DNA of 64,000 nt, taken from assembly GCF_963921235.1 (NCBI RefSeq), contig NC_086109.1:34970001-35034000 (forward strand), read 5' to 3'. The notes beneath the pieces are model-generated. The model saw only the letters and a program-made list of their open reading frames with translations. It was not told the DNA's origin and did no database searches. Shown here piece by piece: positions 1 through 11,351 of the stretch. This DNA is from Mobula hypostoma. Its lineage: Eukaryota. The position numbers and the translations under genes were made by a program. The stretch's first letter is position 1, and every line of letters starts with the position of its first letter.

Positions 1-19
1 TGCCCGATTATCGGCCTGT

Positions 20-405
20 GGTTGCTAACAGTCTCATTACACATTGCCTCTGTTTGTAAGCCAACTGCCCTATCACTCCAGTTCCCATCCACCTACCAAA
101 TAGCTTCAACCCTCTTAAACAGCTCTAGTAAACCTGCTGGAAAGGATATTGGTCCCCCTTGGGTTCAGGTTCAAATGATCTCTTTTGTACAGGTCTCACC
201 TCCCCCAGAAGAGATCCCAATGATCCTGAAATCTGAATACCTTGCCCCCTACACCAGTTCCTCAGCCTCACACTCATCTGCTACATTATCCTATTCTTCC
301 CCTCACTGGTTCATAGCATGGGATGCAATCCAGAGATCACTATCCTCGAGGTCCTGCTTTTCTGCTTTCTACCTAGCTCCTTAAAATGTCTCTTCAGACC
401 TTCAG
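20..405 (-). mobile_element. CR1-type LINE ORF1 remnant (SGNH-esterase-like C-terminus), degenerate
   Basis: Minus strand reads WDLFWGR*DLYKRDHLNLNPRGTNILSSRFTRAV, matching the DGLHLN motif of CR1 ORF1; stop codons present. Confidence 0.6.
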
Positions 406-1022
406 CCACCAGTACTCTGAACTGATTCTATGACATACAGAATTACTTTCAAGGGTTCTTTACGGTTTTTTTTTTGGTTTTTAGTTTGTCTCCTTTTGCA
501 CATTGGTTGTTTGTTAGGCTTAGTCTTTTAATGTACTGATTTTCATAAATTCTATTTTATTGTTCCTGTACATGTCTGCAAGAAAGTGAAATGTACTAGT
601 GACAATAATAAACCAACACCAAACTGTGTCCTTAATTTCAACTCAGTGGTTGTGCTACTGTGTCCGTCTAGATGGTTACTCCTATAGACATCACACCATG
701 TGTACCAAGTTTCCCCTAAGTGAGGATCCATATAAAGAAGGCATCCTCGGATTGTTAGAGCACACAAATACTGTTTCAGACTGGCGTTGCAATGGGGCAA
801 AAATAATCATTTCAATCATGGGCCCTGGAGAAGGACCACATGAGCAAAACTTCCCTTTACTCAAATGGTCCAAGTCTTGAACATGTTTAAACAGGCTCTG
901 CATATTTTTCCTGAGGAACAGGGTGGGAGAATGGATTAAAGAAAAGTTTGAGATAGCCAGTGACAACTGGCCATTTGAGGCTGGTGCTGTGATAGGCCAA
1001 GTAGAGGAGAAAGGAAAGCATG

Positions 1023-1885
1023 TGTTACGTACCCCGTAACTGGGTTGCCAAACCAGCAGAAATGGATCACTCAGTTGGAGGCTGGAGTACTAGAACTAAG
1101 AAAGTTTTATTAAAGGAACAAGCAACACAGTAATCGAAAGGATAATAAATGCAACAGTTCAGCGATGATAAACACACATGTGCACAGAATTAAGATAACA
1201 GCATCAATCAAGCTCTATCGTTGTCTAGGGGTAAATGACCAAATTTAAAAGTGACTCAAAGTTCAGTCCAGCTTAGTAGTTCAGTTCGCAGTAATCGTTG
1301 CCATGGCGATGGACAACGTGGGGGAAGAGAGAGATAGAACAGGAACAACTGATCATTCAGAACGGCTTCACTCACAGACCGGCGATATGGCTCACAAGCA
1401 ACTTTTGGGCGGGTCCTTGGTGATGTCACCTGAGGTCACCGACTGTGACCCCTCCTCCAGATGCGGTCGATCCTCTGCAGTGAACCCGGCACCCAGGCAA
1501 GGGCGGACACAAACTGGGTTCCCGCTGATCGTACCTTTCCACCCCGGGTATTGTCTGGTACTTCTCACCCACTCGTGAGAGGCGCACCGCTTCCAGGGTC
1601 TCGTTACCTCGGGCGGCGTGTGTGCGTCCTGCCTTAGCGAACCTGTCCCTTTTTATCCCCCTGCTGGGGCATCGCCTGTCCACCACTTCAAACAGTTCGG
1701 GGTTCAAAGGGGGAGCCGCTCCAGACAGCTCTCTCTCCCCCGTTCCTTCATTACACATCTCCAGACGCTGCTCCATTGTTCCTTATCTCTCCTTCCCCTG
1801 AGGGCAGGTGGCAGACCACTTGCTGATGTCACTGATGCTAACCCAGGCCAGCAAACATCTTAATTTTATGTGTATTCTCGTCACA
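1023..1885 (-). mobile_element. Solo LTR (863 bp) of the Gmr1-like LTR family
   Basis: Reverse complement of the LTRs at 50869-51729 and 54983-55842; TG...CA ends; 4-bp TSD CATG at 1019-1022 and 1886-1889. Confidence 0.95.
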
Positions 1886-2898
1886 CATGCCACAGGATGG
1901 ATGGGATGGAGTGTCCAAAGTCTGTGCCTTGGATTGGGAATGCTAAAACCAGGGATCTTCATGATCAGGATCAGAGATAAGATGAGGGAGGAGGGAAAGT
2001 GCTTCGGAGATTTGGGGTCTCCGATAATTGCAAGATCAGTAAGTCAAGTGTGTACTCTGTGGCAGGATGTGACTTAGCCAAGATTAATATTGGGGTGGCT
2101 GGAACATTGACTGCTAGATATCATTCTATTAATATTCCAGCATCATGTAGTTGCTTAAGGATTGATCATGAGTCTGGACACAAACATGCTTAATTAGGTA
2201 AGGATGACTTTCATTATTTAGCCTGGTGTCACATCAGTCTTATTCTATTATCACTGCTGGGATATTTACAATAAATCCAGCTGATTTTAGTTTGGTTGAA
2301 CTTTGCGGTGATTCTTTACAGCTATGTCACTTGTTAGGCAAATTGACCTTTTAAGGACAATGTGTGGTGCACTGGATAATTGCTGACTGGTACTTTTATA
2401 CTAGATGTTATCTTCATCCACTGTACATGTCTAATTTTAGTCGTGAAGCATGTCACTGATACTAATTTGAACCAAAGATTGTTTTGTAATAATATGCTAT
2501 TCTTATACTTCCTTGGCATTTTGAGGTGACTTAAGTTGTTATGTGTGTATTAAGTGAGACAGTGACCCACTTAAAGTAAGTTGTGGTCAAGATATTAAAA
2601 AATACTGGGCATTTTTGTAGCAGTTTTAAAGCTAATCTCACTCTTTTTCACAGTACGCCACCTAACCCTGCTGTGTACAATACTTCTGAAGATGTGCAGA
2701 TAGAAAATATGGTGAGATGTTTTACTGATTTGAAAAATGCATTAAACCAATACTTTGCCTGGTACCTACTGCACTGATTTGGCATGAGTCCTTCTCCAAC
2801 AGTGAAATTTTGCTGTATGTGGATGGAGTGAGGATGAAGTGCTATAGTATAGGAGGAGTTTACGGAATAGGCTGTAAAAGGGATGGCCCAGAGAGGTA

Positions 2899-3455
2899 GG
2901 GGAATTAACAGAAGTTAGAGAAGTCAATGTTCATGCCAACAGGTTGGAGGCTACCCATACTGATGGCATGAACATTCACTTCTCTAACTTCCGTTAATGC
3001 CCCTCCTCCCCTTCTTACCCCATTCCTTATTTATTCATTTATTATTTTTTTTCCCTTTTTTCTCTCTCTCTCTCTCTTTTCTCCCTCTGTCCCTCTCACA
3101 ATCACTCCTTGCCTGCTCTCCATCTTCCTCTGGGTTCCCCTCCCCCTTTCTTTCTCCCTAGGCCTCCCGTCCCATGATCCTCTCCCTTCTCCAGCCTTGT
3201 ATCCCTTTTGCCAATCAACTTTCCAGCTCTTAGCTTCACCCCTCACCCTCCTGTCTTCTACCATCATTTTGGATCTCCCCCTCCCCCTTCCACTTTCAAA
3301 TCTCATACTATCTCTTCTTTCAGTTAGTCCTGACGAAGAGCCTCGGCCCGAAACGTCGATTGTACTTCTTCCTATAGATGCTGCCTGGCCTGCTGTTTTC
3401 CACCAGCATTTTGTGTGTGTTGCTTGAATTTCTAGCATCTGCAGATTTCTTTGTG
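2899..3455 (+). mobile_element. Penelope-like element 3' end (end of GIY-YIG ORF, pyrimidine-rich tail, pLTR) with an inverted 5' segment
   Basis: 2961 onward encodes DGMNIHFSNFR*, followed by a CT-rich tail and pLTR; 2899-2943 is an inverted copy of 2961-3003. Confidence 0.8.
3326..3361 (+). ncRNA. Minimal type-I hammerhead ribozyme motif in Penelope pLTR
   Basis: AGUC-CUGACGA-A-GAGC CUCG GCCC-GAAA-CGUC-GAUU: both conserved boxes, stem I, stem II with one mismatch, palindromic ACGU in place of stem III, GUC cleavage triplet. Confidence 0.7.
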
Positions 3456-3461
3456 TTTGCG

Positions 3462-3885
3462 TTTTATGGCTTTAGGCCTGTATTCACTAGAATTCAGAAG
3501 AATGATGGGTGACCTCATTGAAATGTTGAAAGCCCTTGACAGAGTGGATGTGGAGAGGATGTTTCCTATGGTGGCAGTGTCTAAGACCACAGTTTACAGC
3601 CTCAGTATAGTGGGGCATCCTTTTAGAACGGCGATGAGGAGGAATTTCTTTAGCCAGAGAGAGGTGAATCTGTGGAATTTGTTGCCACAGGCGGCTGTGG
3701 AGACCAGGTCTTTACTTACATCTAAAAAAGAGGTTGGTAGATTCTTGACTGGTCAGGGCATGAGGGGATACAGGGAGAATGCAGGTGATTGAGGCTGAGA
3801 GTAAAAATAGATCAGCCATGATGAAATGGGGAAGTAGACACAATTGGCCAAATGGTGTAATTTTGCTCCTATATCTTATGATCTT
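3462..3885 (+). mobile_element. CR1 LINE 3' fragment
   Basis: ALGLYSLEFRRMMGDLIE...NFFSQREVNLWNLLP, homologous to the C-terminus of the 15-16.6 kb CR1; CR1 3' UTR follows. Confidence 0.85.
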
Positions 3886-5084
3886 GCTGTCTTATGTCAC
3901 TCAATGAATAACTTATCTGCAAGGTGATGCTTATTTCAGACTCTATTAAACTCATCAATAAATCCAGAAAAAAGCCTCAACTCTCTCCTTAATAAGCCTG
4001 ATTTGGTATTGTGGGCCTTGCATGCCCAGAAGAACTTTTCATAAGCAATATCTGCATGTAGACTCCTCATTGTCTGACGTTATGAAGATGCCTATCTCCC
4101 TTTCTTCTTGTGTGATTCATATGCACAAAGAACACAGAAATCTCAGACCCCACTCACAATTAATGACCAGATGGCATACAATATTGTTTTGCAACACAAT
4201 GGAACTTCTAGGCCTGACTCGTCTGGTTAATGTTTATTTCTGGTGACAGTGTTGTCAATCTAAAATCAATTTCTGTTGTAAATATCTTTGTTGAAGTAGA
4301 TTACACCATTTGAGATGATCATGGATTACACAAAAGGAGCTTTCTAACTTAATTATTAGCTGCTGCAAAATCTGCTGATGAATATAGATGAGTTAACAAC
4401 CTCAGAAATTACTAAACAGAATGAACAAAACAATATATACAAATAAAAAAATCTTGAAAGTCAACTTGAATACAAGATGGACTTTAATTCTGCACATGGC
4501 AAAATGAAATTAGAACAAAAAATATGTCTACACACATCTGATTGGCAATGAGTTTTTTCTCATTACAAAATGGATTGGGTTCCTTGAAAGTTTTTTGGTT
4601 AGTAAAGTTTCAGAAATCGAAGAATTTATATGAAATTCATTAAGGGTACCTGAGGCTTGATTCTCTTCACAAGGATGGGAATTTATTACTGAAAAAAATA
4701 GATTCATCAATTGAAGGTCACTTCCCCCAAAGAGTCAATGGTATTGTGGTGAAATCTGGTAAAAAATAAACATTTGAAAGTCAAGGAATGACTGTATCTG
4801 TGTCCATAATTGGAAAACTATCAACTCTGTGGCCTAAAGATTTATAGAAATGTAGTGTTATTGAGTTTTGCTACATTGCACAGCATAGTCAAATTGTCTC
4901 GACCTTTAACAGCTGTCAACCATGACTGAATGGATTTTCACCCATTGTGGTAGTTGTGAAATTTCAGAGCACTGTATGTGGTTGGTGCAACTCTGCTTCC
5001 TCAGACTTTCTCTACAAATGCAATTGACCTTTTCAGTTGCAGCAAAATAAGTCATCTTTCTGTTATTTTAGACATTGGAGCAGA

Positions 5085-5365
5085 ATTAAGTTATTCAGCA
5101 TTGAGTTTTCTCCACCATTCCATCATGGTTGATTTATTTTCTCTCTCAACCCCCATTCTCCTGCTTTCTCCCCATAACCTTCTACGCTCTTAGTAATCGA
5201 GAGCCTGTCATATCACCACTTTAAGTATACACAAAGACTTGGCCTCACTGGCATCTGGTGCAAAGAATTCCACATATTCATTCACCCTCCAGCTAAATAA
5301 ATTACACCTCATCTCTCTTCCAAAGGGATGTCCTTCTATTCTGAGGGTGTGCCCCTGGTCCTTGT
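5085..5365 (-). mobile_element. CR1 LINE 3' fragment
   Basis: GHTLRIEGHPFGREMR..FSWRV plus CR1 3' UTR on the minus strand. Confidence 0.7.
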
Positions 5366-6281
5366 AATTGTCAGAAGGTATTTGATACAATATAACAAAT
5401 TAACCCCTGAGACCAATTAATAAGACTATGGCTGAACCCCCATATCCCTTGACTCCCTTACTGCCTCAAAAAACTATAAACCTTCTTTCTTGAATATGCA
5501 CGACAGCTTTTACCTCTACAGAACGTCACCTGAAAATTTGAAGTTTTCCTGATTCCAGATTGCTCAACACCCTGTGTTCAAAGTGCATGGCTGATGGGTA
5601 AATAAACTGAAGCCTTAAGTTTTGCACCAATGTGGATTTGATATTTTCCTTGGACACCATTGGCATATGCTACACTCGCTTTTTTACACCCATTTGTCCT
5701 TTTAACTGTTGGGTTCATGTTAAAGATATGTGAGGGTATTCCTGCAACAAAAGAACAGGTTAAAAAAAAAGGGTGCCTTTTTCTTTCCAACTTCCTAACT
5801 TCCTGCAGGCCATAATCTTTAAAATCTGTACAAATTGTGTAAACATTTTATAGCATAATCTTAGAGAACGAAAAATACTATCCAAAAATGCCCCAGGAAA
5901 CTTGAGTTCAATTGTCAATGGGACATTTGCTGAAAATAATTGCTAAGGAGATTAACAGATAAACTCTACGCACACTTTTCTTATCTACCTCTGTCTCCGC
6001 ATGTAAATGTTGCCGGTCTCTACACAACAAACAAATTAACCTCCATTTAAAATACATTGACAGGCGCACATAATCAGAAAGCATTAAACATGAACCACTC
6101 ATAGGCCTATTTCTGGCCTACTTTCTTATTATAGGCAGCGTTACATCTTTATTTAAGTGTAGCAATCCATCACAATTGTGGTTGCATCAGCTGAGGGTCT
6201 ACGTACTGCATAATGGATCCTGGATGTACCCGTACCACAATGAACAAGAAGAATGTCTATATTTGTTCGTGTTCATGGTTG

Positions 6282-7148
6282 TGTGACGAGAATACACATA
6301 GATTAAGATGTTAGCTGTCCTGTGCTGGCACCAGTGGGATCAGCAGTTGGTCTGCCACCTGTATTCAGGAGAGAGAGAGATAAGGAATACAATGGAGCAG
6401 CATTTGGAGATGTTAATGAAGGAAGGAGAGCTGTCAAGATCGGCTCCCCCTTTGAACCCTGAACTGTTTGAAGTGATGGACAGGCGATACCCCAGCAGGG
6501 GGATAAAAAGGGACAGATTCGCTAAGGCAGGACACACGACACCCGAGGTAACGAGACCCTGGAAGCTGTGCGTCTCACAAGTCGGTGGGAAGTTCTTGGA
6601 CGGCTGATCGTGGGATCAAGCCATAGACGCTTAGGGTGGAAAGGCACGATCGGTGGGAACCTGGTGTGTGTCCACCCTTGCCTGGGTGCTGGGTTCACCG
6701 CAGAGAAACGATCATATCTGGAAACAGAGGGGTCACGGTCGGTGACCCCAGATGACATCACAAAAGACTCGCCCGAAAGCTGACTGCGAAGGTCTGTGTG
6801 GAAGCCTTGAATATTCATTCGTTTTGCTCTCTTTCTCCTTCCCCCCCACTGTCCATCGCCACGGCAGTGATTACTGCGAACTGAACTGAACTAAATTGAA
6901 CTGAACTTTGCGTCACTTTGAAACTGGTCATTTACCCCTAGACAACGATAGAGCTTGATTAATCCTGTTATCTTAATTCTGTGTACATGTGTGTTTATCA
7001 TTGCTGAACTGTTGCATTTATTATCCTTTTGATTAGAGTACTGTGTTGCTTGTTTCTTTGATAAAACTTTCTTAGTTCTAGTAATCCAGACTCCAACTGA
7101 GTGATCCATTTCTGCTGGTTTGGCAACCCAGTTACGGCGGATGTAACG
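6282..7148 (+). repeat. 5' LTR, copy 1
   Basis: Direct repeat of 10488-11351; starts TGTGACG; terminal CA mutated to CG. Confidence 0.95.
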
Positions 7149-7152
7149 TAAG

Positions 7153-7178
7153 TGGGGTTCTCGTCCGCGATTTTGAAC
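7153..7178 (+). promoter_or_regulatory. Primer-binding site, tRNA-Pro-like (imperfect)
   Basis: TGGGGTTCTCGTCCGCGATTTTGAAC versus the tRNA-Pro complement TGGGGGCTCGTCCGGGATTTGAAC; 4 nt after the LTR. Confidence 0.75.
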
Positions 7179-7247
7179 GCTAAATTTGGGACGGAGTAAA
7201 TTGATTGGCTCAAAATTCCCGAAAGAAAGAAAAGACAAACAGCAGAA

Positions 7248-10200
7248 ATGGAGGCTGAGGAAATTATAAAGGCGCTGACCTTGGAGGCATTAGAGAATGC
7301 CAGGAAATCGGAATTGGTAGCTGTGGCCAAACGGTTGAATCTTGCTAAGGGGAAGTCGACAATAAGGAGAGAGGAGATACACAGAGCTATCATAGAGCAC
7401 TATGTATCTAAAGGTGTGTTTCCCCAAGGTGAGCTGGAGGTGGTGTCTATTGAAAAACCTGCTGGAGACGCGGTACAGGTGCAGCTTGAAAAACTGAGAC
7501 TCGAGCACGAGTTCCGGGTAAGGCAGTTGGAGCGAGAAGAGAAGGAGAGAGACTTAGAAAGGCAAGAGAAAGAGAAAGAGTTAGAAAGGCAGGAGAGAGA
7601 GTTAGAAAGGCAGGAGAGAGAGTTAGAAAGGCAGGAGAGAGAGACAGTTGGATAGAGAAGAGAAAGAGAGGCAATGGTAGCGAGAAGAGAGAGAGAGACA
7701 GAGGGAAAGGGAATTTGAGCTGGAGAAGTTAAATATAAGGGCCGAGCAGGGGCCCGTGCCAAACCAAGGTGGAGGGTTCCGGGCGACCAAGGAGGTTAGG
7801 CTGGTTCCCCCACTGGACGATACCGATGTGGATCGGTACTTTCTCCATTTCGAAAAAGTTGTTACAAGTCAGGACTGGCCGAGGGATAAGTGGGCTGTTT
7901 TGCTTCAGAGTGTTCTGAAAGGGAAAGCCCAACAAGCTTACTCAGCTTTGTCCGCAGAAGATGCCCAGAGGTACGAGGTGGTGAAAGAGGACATCCTCAG
8001 GATTTATGAGTTTGTCCTGGAGGCATACTGGCAGAGGTTCCGGAATGTGAGGAAGCAGTGGGACCGCACGTATTTAGAGTTTGCCCGTGAGATGCAGACA
8101 TATTGTGAGCGTTGGTGCTCCTCGAAGGGGGTAGAGGGGGATTATGACAGACTGCTACAGCTGATCCTGATTGAGCAGTTTAAAGGTTGTGTCCCTGAGG
8201 GTATGAGACCCTACCTAGATGAGAAAGAGGCAGCCACGTTAGCTGCAGCTGCTAAGTTAGCGGATGAGTATGTGTTGATGCATAAAACGAAGTTTGCCCC
8301 GAGTAAAGGCTGCCAGAAGAGTAGTCAGGACGGCGGGGAGAGTCCGCCAGAAAAGTCAGAAAGTAAGCCGGGGACTAGTGAGAAGGATAAGGTAGACCGG
8401 GAGCAGTCTGGCAGGAAGTCTCCTGGGGTCGTCTGTTATAATTGCGGGAAAGTCGGACACTTTGCGTCCAGGTGCTTTGCCCCAAAGAAGGAGACGGGAA
8501 AAGGAAAAACGGCGATTTTGACTGGCTGTATCGAGCTGGTAACCGAACCGCTAGAAGAGGACAGGTCTGCCAAAGTTCAGGAACGGCACGAGAGGTTTCT
8601 CTTGGCCGGATTGGTGTCGGTGAAGGAGGGGTGAAAACCAGTTCCAGTGCGGATCTGGAGAGACACGGGAGCGTGTCAGTCACTAATACTGAAGAGTGTA
8701 TTAGAGTTTAGCTCAGAGACCCAGACTGGGGAGGTCAAGGTCAAAGGTATTGGGGAAGGGACAGAGGCCGTCCCTTTGCACCAGATACACTTACTAAGCA
8801 ACCTGGTCTCTGGACTAGTCGCGATCGGGGTGAGGTCCGAATTACCGATGAAAGGCGTGGAAGTCATGCTCGGTAATGACCTCGCGGGGGGAATTGTGTT
8901 CTCGGCAGTGAGATTGACAGGTCAGCCTGCCAGCATTGAGGCCCCGCCCATGGACTCACAGGTTCATCATGGGACTGCGGTAGTAAATTTAGCTGAGACG
9001 TTTCTGCCAGCCTTGTACGGAAGTGAAAAGAAGGAGTGTAGTGAAACAAGAGGTAGTGAGGGAACTGAGACAGACTTAGCATTAGCCAGGAAAGAATTTG
9101 TGCAGACGCAGGAGCGAGACAAGGGGCTGATGGTTTTGGCAGAGACAGCTCTCTCTGACACAGAATTAACAAGGGAACTAGTAGGCTATTGTGTGGAGGA
9201 GGAAGTGCTAAGGAAGAAAGGGAGACCAAGTACCGTACCCGCAGATGAGGAATGGGGGGGTGGTGCAAAAGAGTTATGGGGATGAGATTTTTAACCTGGC
9301 CCACAAGGTACCCCTCGGTGGACATTCTGAGGTGCTGGAGGAAACAGTTGGTGGAATCATGAAAGAGGTTTACCGGCTGCACTGGAGGAAGGATGTTATT
9401 GATTATGGCCGACGCGAACTGAGACGGTCACAGGCTTTTGATATGCTAACAAACCTAGTCGGTGTTAGCGCGGAAATCAATGAAGCTAAGGTCCCCCGAT
9501 AAGAGAAAAAAACCATTTTTGAAAATATGAGCAACATACATCAAAGTTGCTGGTGAACGCAGCAGGCCAGGCAGCATCTATAGGAAGAAGCGCAGTCGAC
9601 GTTTCAGGCCGAGACCCTTCGTCGGGACTAACTGAAAATATGAGTATGGTATCGACCAGATGGGAGAAGGCTATTGTTTTGGCCAGCTCTGCTGATAAGG
9701 TCTCTCCCTTAATCCCCGAACAACACGATTCTTTAGGAGAAGTAATTAAATGACTCGCACACTTGTGTTTGATTGTCCCGAGGCAATGCAAAGAAGTGGG
9801 ACGTTGGGTGGTGTTTGTTACACTAGGCAGCATAGCGAGCAACATCCATATATATTGAGTAATTCAGTGACAAAAGGGGTGACGAACACAGAGGTGTGTA
9901 TTGGCAATGTAATACGACTGTCTGAAGCCAGCTTGATAGTGAACCTCGAAAAAAATGAGTTCGGCCACCCGAAGGTCACTTACCTGGGAATTGTGGTGAC
10001 ACAGGGGCAGCTGGCAGCGATGCAAGCTAAAGTGCGGGCTATCTCTGACATCCCAACCCCGACAAACAAGAGGGCCCTCAGAACGCTCTTGGAGATGGTG
10101 GGGTACTGTAGGAAGTTTTGCAATAACTCTGTGGTTACTACCCCTCCCCCTCCTACTAAGCCCTTGCGAGAGAAAACTAAGTCAGAATGGGACGACCCTT

Positions 10201-10313
10201 GTTATTGTGGTCCGGGACGAAACCCAATGAGAGGTTACATCGATCGCAATTCATCAGTGTTTTTGGCCACTATGAAGTTTGCTAAGTTGGAGCCTGGTCT
10301 AAGGGATTATTAA
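7248..10313 (+). pseudogene. Disrupted gag-protease-vestigial pol of copy 1
   Basis: ORF pieces 7248-7655, 7756-8634, 8647-9285, 9245-9502 and 9750-10313 are colinear with copy 2; CYNCGKVGHFASRC knuckle; RDTGA protease; several stops and frameshifts plus an insertion at 9532-9632. Confidence 0.9.
9532..9632 (-). mobile_element. ~100-nt Penelope pLTR/hammerhead mini-insertion inside the LTR element
   Basis: Absent from copy 2 at the equivalent site (~54150); flanked by duplicated TGAAAATATGAG (9520-9531 and 9633-9644); hammerhead motif 9594-9629 with CUGA changed to CCGA. Confidence 0.85.
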
Positions 10314-10475
10314 TAACACATATAAAAGGAACAGAAAATGTGATGGCTGACTGTCTGTCAGGTGTTGACAACTTCAAATTCACTGTATTTGCCAAATAGC
10401 TGATAAAGATGTATATTTGTGTGTATCAAATAATGTATTCATGTTTGTAATTTTTACCCCCCGGTAAAAATCCTT

Positions 10476-10487
10476 AGAGCGGGGAAG
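10476..10487 (+). promoter_or_regulatory. Polypurine tract, copy 1
   Basis: AGAGCGGGGAAG immediately 5' of the 3' LTR. Confidence 0.8.
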
Positions 10488-11351
10488 TGTGACGAGAATA
10501 CACATACATTAAGATGTAGCTGTTCTGTGCTGGCACCAGTGGGATCAGCAGTTGGTCTGCCACCTGTCTTCAGGAGAGAGAGAGATAAGGAATACAATGG
10601 AGCAGCATTTGGAGATGTTAATGAAGGAAGGAGAACTGTCAAGATCGGCTCCCCCTTTGAACCCTGAACTGTTTGAAGTGATGGACAGGCGATACCCCAG
10701 CAGGGGGATAAAAAGGGACAGGTTCGCTAAGGCAGGACACACGGCACCCGAGGTAACGAGACCCTGGAAGCGGTGCGTCTTTCACAAGTCGGTGAGAAGT
10801 TCTTGGACGGCTGATCGTGGGATCAAGCCATAGACGCTTAGGGTGGAAAGGCATGATCGGCGGGAACGTGGTGTGTGTCCACCCTTGCCTGGGTGCTGGG
10901 TTCACCGCAGAGAAACGATCGTATCTGGAAACAGAGGGGTCACGGTCGGTGACCCCAGATGACATCACAAAGGACTCGCCCGAAAGCTGACTGCGGTCTG
11001 TGTGGAAGCCTTGAATATTCATTCGTTTTGCTCTCTCTCTCCTTCCCCCCACTGTCCATCGCCATGGCAGCGATTACTGCGAACTGAACTGAACTAAATT
11101 GAACTGAACTTTGCGTCACTTTGAAACTGGTCATTTATCCCTGGACAACGATAGAGCTTGATTAATCCTGTTATCTTAATTCTGTGTACATGTGTGTTTG
11201 TCATTGCTGAACTGTTGCATTTATTATCCTTTTGATTAGAGTACTGTGTTGCTTGTTTCTTTAATAAAACTTTCTTAGTTCTAGTAATCCAGACTCCAAC
11301 TGGGTGATCCATTTCTGCTGGTTTGGCAACCCAGTTACGGGGGACGTAACA
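10488..11351 (+). repeat. 3' LTR, copy 1
   Basis: TG...CA ends; AATAAA near 11263; followed by TSD GTTG. Confidence 0.95.

Larger units (their letters stand above)
6282..11351 (+). mobile_element. Gmr1-like (Ty3/Gypsy) LTR retrotransposon, non-autonomous provirus, copy 1
   Basis: LTRs 6282-7148 and 10488-11351; TSD GTTG at 6278-6281 and 11352-11355; PBS, PPT, gag-protease and pol remnants. Confidence 0.95.

Noticed and set aside
5530..5741. Strong minus-strand splice acceptor followed by a 54-codon frame
   Set aside because: No partner exon or recognisable peptide; it could be a non-coding exon but I cannot support that
7530..7650. Short regular repeats as a CRISPR-like array
   Set aside because: These are coding tandem repeats without unique spacers, in a eukaryotic context
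8629..8646. In-frame TGA between gag and protease in copy 1 as a programmed readthrough site
   Set aside because: Copy 2 has TTA (Leu) at the same codon, so it is a private nonsense mutation
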